From Candidatus Enterousia sp. (lineage in GTDB: Bacteria > Pseudomonadota > Alphaproteobacteria > Rs-D84), in the NCBI GenBank assembly GCA_045576255.1, contig JAZNGD010000050.1, positions 1 through 48,287 of the forward strand: DNA of 48,287 nucleotides, read 5' to 3'. Below, piece by piece: positions 8,308-16,280 of this stretch. Under the pieces are notes generated by a model. It saw nothing but the letters and a program-made list of their open reading frames with translations. It was not told the origin of the DNA and made no database searches. How positions within the stretch are numbered: position 1 is the first letter of the stretch; every line of letters starts with the position of its first letter. Position numbers and translations under genes: made by a program.

Positions 8308-8924
8308 TTGTGCAGTACCAAGTATTTTGGGTTTGATGTGCCGGCTTTGTTTTTATGCTGGTATCTGGTTTGGATGACTTCTATATCTGGAATGGTTGCA
8401 GTCAAGTTTGTTTGCTTTATTTGTTCCAGTATCCAATCAAAATATTCCCAGTGGTCTGTGCCGATGATAATTTCGCCGTCTGGTGCCAAATATTTCGACA
8501 GTGTATTAAAAAATTCGGCGGATAATAAACGGCGTTTTTCATGTCTGGCTTTTGGCCATGGGTCGGGGTGTAAGACCCAAATTTGTTCAAATTTTGAATC
8601 GGTACCGCGCAAGAAATCACGAACATCGTCCGCCCAGATTCGAATGTTTTTATATTCGTCCAAAATTCGATTGGTTTTTTCATCTGTTATAGCGGACAGT
8701 AAACTGGCAACGCCGTTCATAAAAGGTTCTGCGCCAATGATTGTTTTGTTTGGATTTGTTTGTGCCAAGTCACGAACGTGTTCGCCCGCGCCAAATCCAA
8801 TTTCCAAAATGTTGCCGTTTGTTGGTTTTAATGTCGGCAGCACTTCATCAATCAGCAATTGTTGACGGGCAGATAATTTCTTGCCATGACGGCGACCAAA
8901 TGTTCTTATTTCTTGTTTTTCCAT
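8304..8924 (-). CDS. trmB: tRNA (guanine-N7)-methyltransferase
   Basis: SAM-binding LEIGFGAGEH and the TrmB signature LHPDPWPKARHEKRRL. Start chosen at MEKQEIRTFGRRHGK. Confidence 0.88.
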   Translation of the reverse strand: MEKQEIRTFGRRHGKKLSARQQLLIDEVLPTLKPTNGNILEIGFGAGEHVRDLAQTNPNKTIIGAEPFMNGVASLLSAITDEKTNRILDEYKNIRIWADDVRDFLRGTDSKFEQIWVLHPDPWPKARHEKRRLLSAEFFNTLSKYLAPDGEIIIGTDHWEYFDWILEQIKQTNLTATIPDIEVIQTRYQHKNKAGTSNPKYLVLHN

Positions 8925-8972
8925 ATATTTAGTATAGAATTGCATTGTTAAAAACGCAAGAGGTATATAGAT

Positions 8973-9530
8973 ATGGTGGAATTCCCAAAACGAATCGATG
9001 GTGGTGATTTTGAACTGGTAAAGCCAGATGTGACATTTGGCCGTGCGCAAGAATTTTTTAATGTTGTTGTTAAAAATAAAGAATTTTTATCACAGTGGTT
9101 GGAATGGGCTGGAAGATACACAAAGCCAGAAGTTGCGTACGATTATCTGAAAATGATAGATTCTGTAAATGAATCGTCTTATCTGATTTGCGTAAACGAA
9201 AAAATAGTTGGGGGCCACGGTTTTGTCGGGTTTAATGAAGGTCATAAAATGGCTGAAATTGGTTATTGGTTGGCACAGGACTTTAATGGTCGCGGATTGG
9301 TGACTCGCGGTATTGAAGTATTAGAGAATTTGGGTTTTGGACAACTTGGTTTGAACAGAATTCAAATCAAAGCAGATGCAGAAAATTTAAAATCCCAGGC
9401 TGTGGCTGTGCGTGCCGGATATGTTAAAGAAGGTGTTCAGCGCCATGGATATGTTTTATATGGTGCGCCACGTGATTTAATAGTGTATTCAAAATTAAAA
9501 TCAGAATGGGAAAAAGGGAAACAAAAATGA
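8973..9530 (+). CDS. GNAT family N-acetyltransferase (RimJ/RimL-like)
   Basis: GYWLAQDFNGRGLVTRG...LNRIQIKADAENLKSQAVAVRAGYVKEG is the typical acetyl-CoA binding core of RimJ/L-type GNATs. Confidence 0.8.
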   Translation: MVEFPKRIDGGDFELVKPDVTFGRAQEFFNVVVKNKEFLSQWLEWAGRYTKPEVAYDYLKMIDSVNESSYLICVNEKIVGGHGFVGFNEGHKMAEIGYWLAQDFNGRGLVTRGIEVLENLGFGQLGLNRIQIKADAENLKSQAVAVRAGYVKEGVQRHGYVLYGAPRDLIVYSKLKSEWEKGKQK

Positions 9531-11104
9531 GAACAGGTTTGTCAAAAGACTTAATCGCGCGCGTGCTGGGCGGCGCGCCAAAATATACAATCGCAGAACT
9601 GGAAGAAAAATTCCCGGCACGTAATTTGCCAGAAGGTGTTAAGGTGACACGTTTTGCCCCAAGCCCAACTGGGTATATGCATTTGGGGAATTTGTATAGC
9701 GCATTGATTAGTTATAAATTAGCACAGCAGTCAGGTGGTGTGTTCTTGTTGCGTATTGAAAATACTGATACAAAACGTGAAAATAAACAAGCGGTTGATA
9801 TCATTATAAATTCATTGGCTGAATTTGGAATCAGATATGAAAATGACCCTGTGTATGGTCCTTATTATCAATCAGAACGTAAAGATATTTATCATTCTGT
9901 GGCGGCAGATTTGCTGGGAAAAGGTTTGGCATATCCTTGCTTTTTAACACAAGAAGAAATGGATGAAATTCGGGAAAAACAAAAGGCGGCAGGTTTTGCA
10001 ACTGGTATTTATGGTGAATGGGCGCGTGACAGGGATTTAACCGAAGAAGAAATTATCGCGCATTTAGATAATGGCGAAGTCCCATCGATTCGTTTGTATT
10101 CTATGGGTAATCCTGAACAAAGAATTTTCTGTAAAGATGCAGTGCGTGGTTCGTTGTCGGTGCCAGAACATAATGAAGATACAGTTTTGATAAAATCTAC
10201 GGATGGTTTACCGACGTATCATTTTGCGCATTTGTGTGATGATCATTTTATGCACACAACGCATGTTGTTCGTGATGAATCTTATTTCGGTACATTCGCA
10301 ATGCATGTTCAAATGTTTCGTATGATGGGCTGGGATTTGCCTGCATATGTTCATATTTCAACATTAGATAAAATTGATGAAGAAACAGGTAAACAACGAA
10401 AATTATCAAAACGCAAAGACCCCGAGGCAAATGTTGCTTTCTTTTTGGAACAAGGATGGCCGGTTGAATCTGTGATTGAATATTTGGGTAATATATTGGC
10501 GCCTGGTTATGAAGAAGCAAAAATGAAGGGACAGGTTAAATCTTTTTGGGATTATGAAATGCGACCAAAGAAAATGCCTGTGTCTGGTTCTTTGTTTGAT
10601 ATGAAAAAACTGGAATGGTGGGCCAAGGAATTTATTGGTTCACTGCCGATACCAGAATTGGTTGCGCGTGTCGTTTCTTGGGCGAATAAGTATGGCACAG
10701 ATGTCAATAAAATGCAGGTGGGTGACGTCGATTATCTGACAGGTGTGTTGGGTATTGAACGTGATAATCCGAAACGTGTGCGTAAAGATTTTGTCACTTG
10801 GTCCCAGACGTTGGATAATGTCGCGTTTTTCTGGGATGAATTGTTCGTTCCAAATACTGAATACGAATTTAATTCGGATGCGTTGCGTGCATTTTTGGAA
10901 ACATATAACGAATCGGATGACAAAGATACTTGGTGGGCAAAAATCGTCGCAGTCGCAGAAAAATGTGGTATAAAAAATGGCGACGTAGCAATGAATCTGC
11001 GTGTTGCATTATCTGGTCGCACAAATACGCCAGATTTGTATTCAATAATGACGGTTATGGGCGGAGATAGAGTTAAAAATCGAATCGAGGGAGCGATAAA
11101 ATGA
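9527..11104 (+). CDS. gltX: glutamate--tRNA ligase
   Basis: RFAPSPTGYMHLGN (HIGH region), RIENTDTKRE, KLSKR (KMSKS), C-terminal LRVALSGRTNTPDLYSIM. The ATG overlaps the GNAT stop (ATGA). Confidence 0.88.
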   Translation: MRTGLSKDLIARVLGGAPKYTIAELEEKFPARNLPEGVKVTRFAPSPTGYMHLGNLYSALISYKLAQQSGGVFLLRIENTDTKRENKQAVDIIINSLAEFGIRYENDPVYGPYYQSERKDIYHSVAADLLGKGLAYPCFLTQEEMDEIREKQKAAGFATGIYGEWARDRDLTEEEIIAHLDNGEVPSIRLYSMGNPEQRIFCKDAVRGSLSVPEHNEDTVLIKSTDGLPTYHFAHLCDDHFMHTTHVVRDESYFGTFAMHVQMFRMMGWDLPAYVHISTLDKIDEETGKQRKLSKRKDPEANVAFFLEQGWPVESVIEYLGNILAPGYEEAKMKGQVKSFWDYEMRPKKMPVSGSLFDMKKLEWWAKEFIGSLPIPELVARVVSWANKYGTDVNKMQVGDVDYLTGVLGIERDNPKRVRKDFVTWSQTLDNVAFFWDELFVPNTEYEFNSDALRAFLETYNESDDKDTWWAKIVAVAEKCGIKNGDVAMNLRVALSGRTNTPDLYSIMTVMGGDRVKNRIEGAIK

Positions 11105-11838
11105 CAAAAGAAAAAAGAGCCAGAATCAAGGCTGTAAAAAAAGACGAGCATGCTTCAAAATTGTTAAAGGTTTTGCGTGCAACAGGGTTGTTTCGTTGGG
11201 AAAAACCAAGCACACACACAGAAGAGGTTGTAAATATTTTAACCCATGGTATTGGTATTGGGTTGGCGGTTGCAGCGTTGACTTTGTTGGTTGTGTTCGC
11301 AGGGTTAAAAGGTGACCCATGGGCGATTGTATCTTGTGCGATTTTTGGCGTGACAATGATTACATTGTATTTTGGTTCAACAATGTGTCACGCGACAATC
11401 GGCAAAAAGCACGAATGTTTTTTTGAAGTGTGGGACAGCGTTGCAATATATGCACTGATTGCAGGAACCTATACGCCATTTTTGTTGGTTAATTTGCGTG
11501 GCTTGATTGGTTGGATTGTGTTTGCGATTTTGTGGGGAATTGTGTTGTTCGGGTCATATATGAAAATTCGCAATCCAAAACAGCAACCACGTTGGATGGT
11601 CGCGTTATATGTAGCAATGGGTTGGACACTGTTGTTTATATTGCCTGCGATGATTCGTAGTATCCCAGTGCGTGGTTTGTGGTTTATTTTGGCGGGTGGT
11701 TTGTCGTATACGGTCGGTGTTGTTTTCTATCTGTGGCGCAGGATGAAATTTTCACATGCGGTATGGCACCTGTTTGTAATTGGTGGCAGTGTGTGTTTCT
11801 TTTTTGCAGTTTTGTTTGGTTGTATTTTGGATAAATAA
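11101..11838 (+). CDS. hemolysin III / PAQR family membrane protein
   Basis: Seven hydrophobic segments. N-terminal EEVVNILTHGIG and C-terminal HAVWHLFVIGGS are typical of the family. Confidence 0.8.
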   Translation: MTKEKRARIKAVKKDEHASKLLKVLRATGLFRWEKPSTHTEEVVNILTHGIGIGLAVAALTLLVVFAGLKGDPWAIVSCAIFGVTMITLYFGSTMCHATIGKKHECFFEVWDSVAIYALIAGTYTPFLLVNLRGLIGWIVFAILWGIVLFGSYMKIRNPKQQPRWMVALYVAMGWTLLFILPAMIRSIPVRGLWFILAGGLSYTVGVVFYLWRRMKFSHAVWHLFVIGGSVCFFFAVLFGCILDK

Positions 11839-12281
11839 ATTCCCCTCCGTTGGAGGGGTGCCCGCAGGGCGGGGAGGGTTATTTAATGGTTGTGTTGTAT
11901 GACAAAAAATTAAATGTTTTTGCCCGTACGAATCGTCGTGCAGGTGTTTTGTCTGAAGTGTTATTGTGGAACGAATTAAAACGTTCTGCATTGGGGGTAA
12001 AATTTACCAAACAAAAACCAATAGGGAATTATATTGCTGATTTTTATTGCAAGGAATTAAAACTAGTTGTTGAGGTTGATGGTTCTTCGCATGATGATAA
12101 ATATGAGTATGATGTTGGTCGTGATGAATATATGCGTTCAATTGGTATAACCGTATTGAGAATAGAAGATAAAGATGTAAAACAAGATATGCCACGGGTG
12201 TTAGAGTGGATACAGTTTAATATTGAGAAACTTAAACCCTCCCCGGTGGCATAGCCACCACCCCTCCGCAGGAGGGGAATT
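11838..12281 (+). mobile_element. compact cassette: ~45-nt structured inverted ends flanking a DUF559 endonuclease gene
   Basis: Left end 11838-11880 and right end 12235-12281 are inverted repeats (AATTCCCCTCC....GGAGGGGTG...GGGGAGGGTT). Each has two small hairpins. Flanked by 23-bp direct repeats at 11810-11832 and 12293-12315. Confidence 0.7.
11886..12254 (+). CDS. DUF559 (Vsr-like, PD-(D/E)xK) endonuclease domain protein
   Basis: LLWNELKRS...IADFYCKELKLVVEVDGSSHD...RDEYMRSIGITVLRI matches the DUF559 core. The SD-like GGAGGG lies inside the left inverted end, and the stop lies inside the right end. Confidence 0.85.
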   Translation: MVVLYDKKLNVFARTNRRAGVLSEVLLWNELKRSALGVKFTKQKPIGNYIADFYCKELKLVVEVDGSSHDDKYEYDVGRDEYMRSIGITVLRIEDKDVKQDMPRVLEWIQFNIEKLKPSPVA

Positions 12282-12335
12282 TTACGGTGTGTTTTTGTTT
12301 GGTTGTATTTTGGATTTGTAAAAGGGATGTGATTT

Positions 12336-12731
12336 ATGCCATATGAGTATCAAAAAAATGCCAAAGTAGACGAAGGTCAGATTATACAAAACCCGTTCAG
12401 GGAAATTAAATTTGATTTTCCATACGTTTGTGATGGGTGTGCGGAAAAATGCAAGTTGTCGATGAATTTGCGTGCGTTGTCAACGGGGGCCAGATTTTTT
12501 GGTGATATTGGGGCGGAATTTTTTAGGGTGGTTTCTGAAATGTATGCTGGGGACAAGAAGTTATTTGAATTTCCTGTGAACAGGCCAAATGTGTATTATC
12601 CACATGGATGTAATTTGTCAGTTTTTCAGATTTGTGGGGATGTGTCATTGTGTTTTAATGAGGCGCGTGATAGATATAAGTCTGCATTAGTATGGTGTCG
12701 CAAGACATGTAAGCATAGTAAGTTGAGATAA
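12336..12731 (+). CDS. hypothetical Cys-rich protein
   Basis: 131-aa ORF with ATG preceded by AAAGGGA. No recognisable family. Confidence 0.5.
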   Translation: MPYEYQKNAKVDEGQIIQNPFREIKFDFPYVCDGCAEKCKLSMNLRALSTGARFFGDIGAEFFRVVSEMYAGDKKLFEFPVNRPNVYYPHGCNLSVFQICGDVSLCFNEARDRYKSALVWCRKTCKHSKLR

Positions 12732-12859
12732 TGCGGAATAATAAACTGGATTGCCACGCTTCGCTCGCAATGACAAAAGAGCTTAATGTTCTAGAAACTT
12801 AAAAAACTTTTGTCATCGCGAGGGAGTGTAAACGACCGTGGCGATCCAGTAAATAGAAT
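12731..12859. repeat. ~130-bp internally palindromic repeat, copy 1
   Basis: Near-identical to 13173-13303. Nested inverted arms CTGGATTGCCACG/CGTGGCGATCCAG and CTCGCAATGACAAAAG/CTTTTGTCATCGCGAG. Confidence 0.9.
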
Positions 12860-12864
12860 CAAAT

Positions 12865-13173
12865 ATGAAAGAATATAAATTTTATGTTTATATAATGTTT
12901 AATCGGCGTAATGGCGCTGTTTATACAGGTGTTACAGATGATATTGTTAGACGTGTTTGGGAACATAAGAACAAAGTTAACCCCGATTCGTTTGCTGCAC
13001 GATATAATTGTGACAAGTTGGGATATTGGGAAGATTTTCAATATGTGAATGATGCGCTGGAGCGTGAAAAACATATCAAGGCCCAATCGCGAAAGTATAA
13101 GTTGAATTTAATTGAAAGCATAAATCCAGATTGGTTGGATTTAAGTGTGCAAGATATGTTTTGGTTGCGGTAA
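12865..13173 (+). CDS. GIY-YIG nuclease family protein (UPF0213/YhbQ-like)
   Basis: FYVYIMFNRRNGAVYTGVTDDIVRRVWEHK carries the GIY-YIG core. Paralogous to 51-359. Confidence 0.85.
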   Translation: MKEYKFYVYIMFNRRNGAVYTGVTDDIVRRVWEHKNKVNPDSFAARYNCDKLGYWEDFQYVNDALEREKHIKAQSRKYKLNLIESINPDWLDLSVQDMFWLR

Positions 13174-13303
13174 TGCGGGATAATAAACTGGATTGCCACG
13201 CTTCGCTCGCAATGACAAAAGAGCTTAATGTTTTCTAGAAACTTAAAAAAATTTTGTCATCGCGAGGGAGTGCAAACGACCGTGGCGATCCAGTAAATAG
13301 AAT
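13173..13303. repeat. ~130-bp internally palindromic repeat, copy 2
   Basis: Differs from copy 1 by a few substitutions and small indels. Confidence 0.9.
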
Positions 13304-13315
13304 TTTTTATATTCC

Positions 13316-13344
13316 TTGATTTTTTATAGAAATAGACGTATCAT
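13316..13344 (+). promoter_or_regulatory. sigma70-like promoter candidate P1 (TTGATT-17-TATCAT)
   Basis: Hexamers with 17-nt spacing. The predicted start falls at about 13351, adjacent to the ATG of the Thr-rich mini-ORF. The AT-rich context makes chance matches likely. Confidence 0.35.
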
Positions 13345-13351
13345 TTATCTT

Positions 13352-13408
13352 ATGAATTTGTTTAAAGGTTTCTTTACTACAACAACTACAACCCCTTTGG
13401 GGGTGTAA
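13352..13408 (+). promoter_or_regulatory. candidate leader peptide ORF MNLFKGFFTTTTTTPLGV with six consecutive Thr codons, upstream of thrS
   Basis: ATG AAT TTG TTT AAA GGT TTC TTT ACT ACA ACA ACT ACA ACC CCT TTG GGG GTG TAA, read directly from the sequence. No obvious SD. Confidence 0.35.
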
Positions 13409-13416
13409 TTTCTGTA

Positions 13417-13445
13417 TTGCGATAAATCGCGTAAATTTCTATAAT
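13417..13445 (+). promoter_or_regulatory. sigma70-like promoter candidate P2 (TTGCGA-17-TATAAT) proximal to thrS
   Basis: Consensus -10 with 17-nt spacing, about 45 nt upstream of the thrS ATG. Confidence 0.4.
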
Positions 13446-13490
13446 CAAACAAATCAATTAAAATAAAAAAAGTATAAAAAGGTTTTTATT

Positions 13491-15224
13491 ATGTCTTATG
13501 ATATCGAAATAGTTCGTCATTCACTGGCGCATGTTATGGCAGCAGCAGTAAAAAAATTACACCCAGATGTAAAATTTGCTGGGGGGCCTGCAATTGAAAA
13601 TGGTTTTTATTATGACTTTGATACAGAATATCGCTTTTCCGAAGAAGATTTCACAAAGATTGAAAAAGAAATGCGTGATTTGATTAAATCAAACGGTCGC
13701 TTTGAACAGCGCAATGTTTCTGTTGATGAAGCCAAAGAAATCTTTGCAAATCAACCGTATAAAATGGAATGGTTGAACGAATATGATGCCGCAGGTGCAG
13801 CGTTGTCAATCTATACATTCCGTGATTTTGTTGATTTATGTCGTGGACCGCATGTGGAATCTTCCAAAGATTTGCCACGTGATTCGTTCAAAGTTCGTAG
13901 CGTCGCAGGTGCATACTGGAAAGGAAACGCAAAAAATAAAATGCTGCAACGTATTTATGTCGATGCGTTCGCAACCAAAGAAGAATTGGATGCGTTCTTG
14001 AAAATGCAAGAAGAGGCTGCTGCGCGCGATAACAGAAAACTGGGGCGCGATATGGATTTGTTCCACTTTGAACCTGATTATGCGCCGGGGGCTGTTTTCT
14101 GGCATGACAAAGGGTATAAGATTTATCGTAAATTGATTGATTTTATTCGTGAAAGTCAAAACAGAAAAGGCTATTTGGAAATTTCCACACCAACTGTTAT
14201 GGAACGTTCATTGTGGGAACGCAGTGGACATTGGGCAAAATATGCATCGCATAATTATGCCGGCAAAACACAGGATGGTAAAGATTTCTGTGTAAAGCCA
14301 ATGTCTTGCCCCGGTGGAATGTTGGTGTTTGGACACGGAATAACATCATATAAAGATTTGCCGATGTATTTGGCAGAATTTGGCAAGGTTAATCGTTATG
14401 AATCATCTGGTTCGCTGGCAGGCTTGATGCGTGTTCGCGAAATGACACAGGATGATGCGCATATCTTTTGTACAGAAGAACAAATGGAAACAGAAGTCGC
14501 CAAAGCATTGGATTTAATCAAGGAAGTTTATCATGCGCTGGGGTTCGATGACATTCATATGACATTGGAAACAAGACCAGATTCTGAATTCCGCATTGGT
14601 TCAGACGAAGTTTGGGATTTTGCAGAAGAAACTTTGCATAAAGCATTAAAGTCTGTAAATGCGAATTATACCGTCGCAGAAGGCGAGGGTGCATTCTATG
14701 GACCAAAAATTGGTATTTCTATGCGTGATGCAATTGGGCGCACATGGATATGCGGTACGGTGCAATTAGATATGAATTTGCCAGAACGATTCGATTTGTC
14801 TTATGTTGGCGAAGATGGTGAAAAACATCGCCCAATTATGTTGCATCGTGCAATTTTGGGGTCTATTGAACGCTTTATGGGGATATTACTGGAATCAACA
14901 GGCGGACATTTGCCATTGTGGTTGTCGCCAGAACCAGTTGTTGTCACACCAATTTCTGAAAAGCATGCGGATTATGCAAACGAAGTTGTGGCCGCACTGC
15001 GTGGCGCCGGTGTAAATACACGTGCAGATTTGCGTGATGAAAAAGTTAACTATAAAATCCGCGAATTGTCTTTGGCAAAAACACCAATCGTTGCGGTCGT
15101 TGGCGAAAAAGAAATGGCGGATAAAACTGTGACATTGCGCAGACTGGGCGAACAAAAACAGGAAACAATTCCATTGGCAGAATTTGTTCAAATGATGCAA
15201 GATGCAATTAAAATGCCATTGTAA
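13491..15224 (+). CDS. thrS: threonine--tRNA ligase lacking the N-terminal TGS domain
   Basis: Begins directly in the editing (N2/SAD) domain: RHSLAHVMAAAV (HxxxH) and DLCRGPHV (CxxxH). Class II catalytic core (FRVREMTQDDAHIF-like RVREMTQDDAHIF, GAFYGPKI) and anticodon-binding domain follow. 577 aa. Confidence 0.9.
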   Translation: MSYDIEIVRHSLAHVMAAAVKKLHPDVKFAGGPAIENGFYYDFDTEYRFSEEDFTKIEKEMRDLIKSNGRFEQRNVSVDEAKEIFANQPYKMEWLNEYDAAGAALSIYTFRDFVDLCRGPHVESSKDLPRDSFKVRSVAGAYWKGNAKNKMLQRIYVDAFATKEELDAFLKMQEEAAARDNRKLGRDMDLFHFEPDYAPGAVFWHDKGYKIYRKLIDFIRESQNRKGYLEISTPTVMERSLWERSGHWAKYASHNYAGKTQDGKDFCVKPMSCPGGMLVFGHGITSYKDLPMYLAEFGKVNRYESSGSLAGLMRVREMTQDDAHIFCTEEQMETEVAKALDLIKEVYHALGFDDIHMTLETRPDSEFRIGSDEVWDFAEETLHKALKSVNANYTVAEGEGAFYGPKIGISMRDAIGRTWICGTVQLDMNLPERFDLSYVGEDGEKHRPIMLHRAILGSIERFMGILLESTGGHLPLWLSPEPVVVTPISEKHADYANEVVAALRGAGVNTRADLRDEKVNYKIRELSLAKTPIVAVVGEKEMADKTVTLRRLGEQKQETIPLAEFVQMMQDAIKMPL

Positions 15225-15274
15225 TAAATCTGGGGCAGGTTATCTGCCCCATAAATAAAAGAAAGGAAAGAGAT

Positions 15275-15418
15275 ATGAAAAAGGTCTTGTTATTGATTGC
15301 GCTGGTCGCGGTACCAATGATTTTGACTGGGTGTGCAAAAACATGTGAAGTCGAACCAATTGTCGAAGAAAATCATAAATTGATTGTGCCCCCAAATTTT
15401 GGACAAATGCCAAAATAA
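15275..15418 (+). CDS. small putative lipoprotein (47 aa), absent from the ORF track
   Basis: MKKVLLLIALVAVPMILTGC has a signal peptide plus lipobox L-T-G-C. A GAAAGGAAAGAG SD-like run lies 4 nt upstream. Confidence 0.55.
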   Translation: MKKVLLLIALVAVPMILTGCAKTCEVEPIVEENHKLIVPPNFGQMPK

Positions 15419-15495
15419 ATTTTTCATTATATCTGTTTGGTGGTTGGGCTTTTTTGTGATATAATGTGTTTGTAAAAATACAGGGGGATTGTGTT

Positions 15496-16263
15496 ATGAA
15501 CGAAGATAATAGCTTGGATTTGCTTGATTTAGATGATGCTGAAACAATGGATTCTTTGCCAGAAGCGCCTGTTTTGACTGCGCCGCGTCCAAAGAAACCT
15601 TGGTTGTTGTTAACGGTTGGTTTGTTTGTAATCGTGTTGGCATCTTATGTTATTATTCGTGCAATTGGAACAGAATCTTCTTCGTCTATGGAAATTGATT
15701 TAGACGCACCTGTTGTTATGGTTGATGAACGTGGTAATCCGGTTGATATGAATGTTATGCCACCTGTTAAACCTGGGGCACCATTGCCACCGCCACCATC
15801 AACAGCGCCAGTAAAACCTGTGGTTGCACCTGCGCCGGTTGCTGTTGCACCTGCGCCAGTTGTGCAGACTGCGCCTGTACGCGTCATAGAAGAAAGAAAA
15901 GAAGTTAAATTTGAACCTGCAAAAGTGGCAGAACGACCAAAGGCTGCACCTGTGGCGAAAAAGACTGTTGCGCCTGTACAACCAAAACCAGTTGTAAAGA
16001 AACAGGCTGTTGCAACTGTGTCTAATTGGTACGTTCAATTTGGTTCATACAGTACGCGTGCATTGGCCGAAGCCGCACAGCGTAAATTGACGGCCGCACA
16101 TGCAAGCTTGTTCAGCGGAAAACAATTTGTTGTTTTGGCTGCACAGTTGAAAAACGGTACTACAACATACAGATTACGTGTCGGATTTAATACGTCTGGC
16201 GATGCAAATGGTTTTTGTCGTAATGCCAAGGCCGATGGTTTAGATTGTTATGTCACAAAATAA
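15496..16263 (+). CDS. SPOR domain-containing protein (Pro/Ala-rich linker)
   Basis: One TM (WLLLTVGLFVIVLASYVII), a PAPV-rich linker, and the C-terminal SPOR pattern WYVQFGSYSTRALAEAAQ...YRLRVGFNTSGDANGFCRNAK. ATG 15496 is preceded by CAGGGGGA. Confidence 0.8.
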   Translation: MNEDNSLDLLDLDDAETMDSLPEAPVLTAPRPKKPWLLLTVGLFVIVLASYVIIRAIGTESSSSMEIDLDAPVVMVDERGNPVDMNVMPPVKPGAPLPPPPSTAPVKPVVAPAPVAVAPAPVVQTAPVRVIEERKEVKFEPAKVAERPKAAPVAKKTVAPVQPKPVVKKQAVATVSNWYVQFGSYSTRALAEAAQRKLTAAHASLFSGKQFVVLAAQLKNGTTTYRLRVGFNTSGDANGFCRNAKADGLDCYVTK

Positions 16264-16280
16264 TAAAAAAAGAGGATAAA

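Noticed and set aside
13390-13440. Terminator/antiterminator structure to complete a classical attenuator downstream of the Thr-rich mini-ORF
   Set aside because: I found only 4-5-bp stems (ACCCC-TTT-GGGGT; GCGA-TAAA-TCGC) and no GC-rich hairpin with a U-tract or alternative pairing. The attenuation idea is therefore kept as a hypothesis in the findings, not as a supported structure.
15232-15250. Hairpin GGGGCAG-GTTAT-CTGCCCC after thrS as an intrinsic terminator
   Set aside because: The stem is good, but no T-run follows on the plus strand (ATAAATAAAA). It may still pause or terminate transcription, but I do not list it as a supported terminator.
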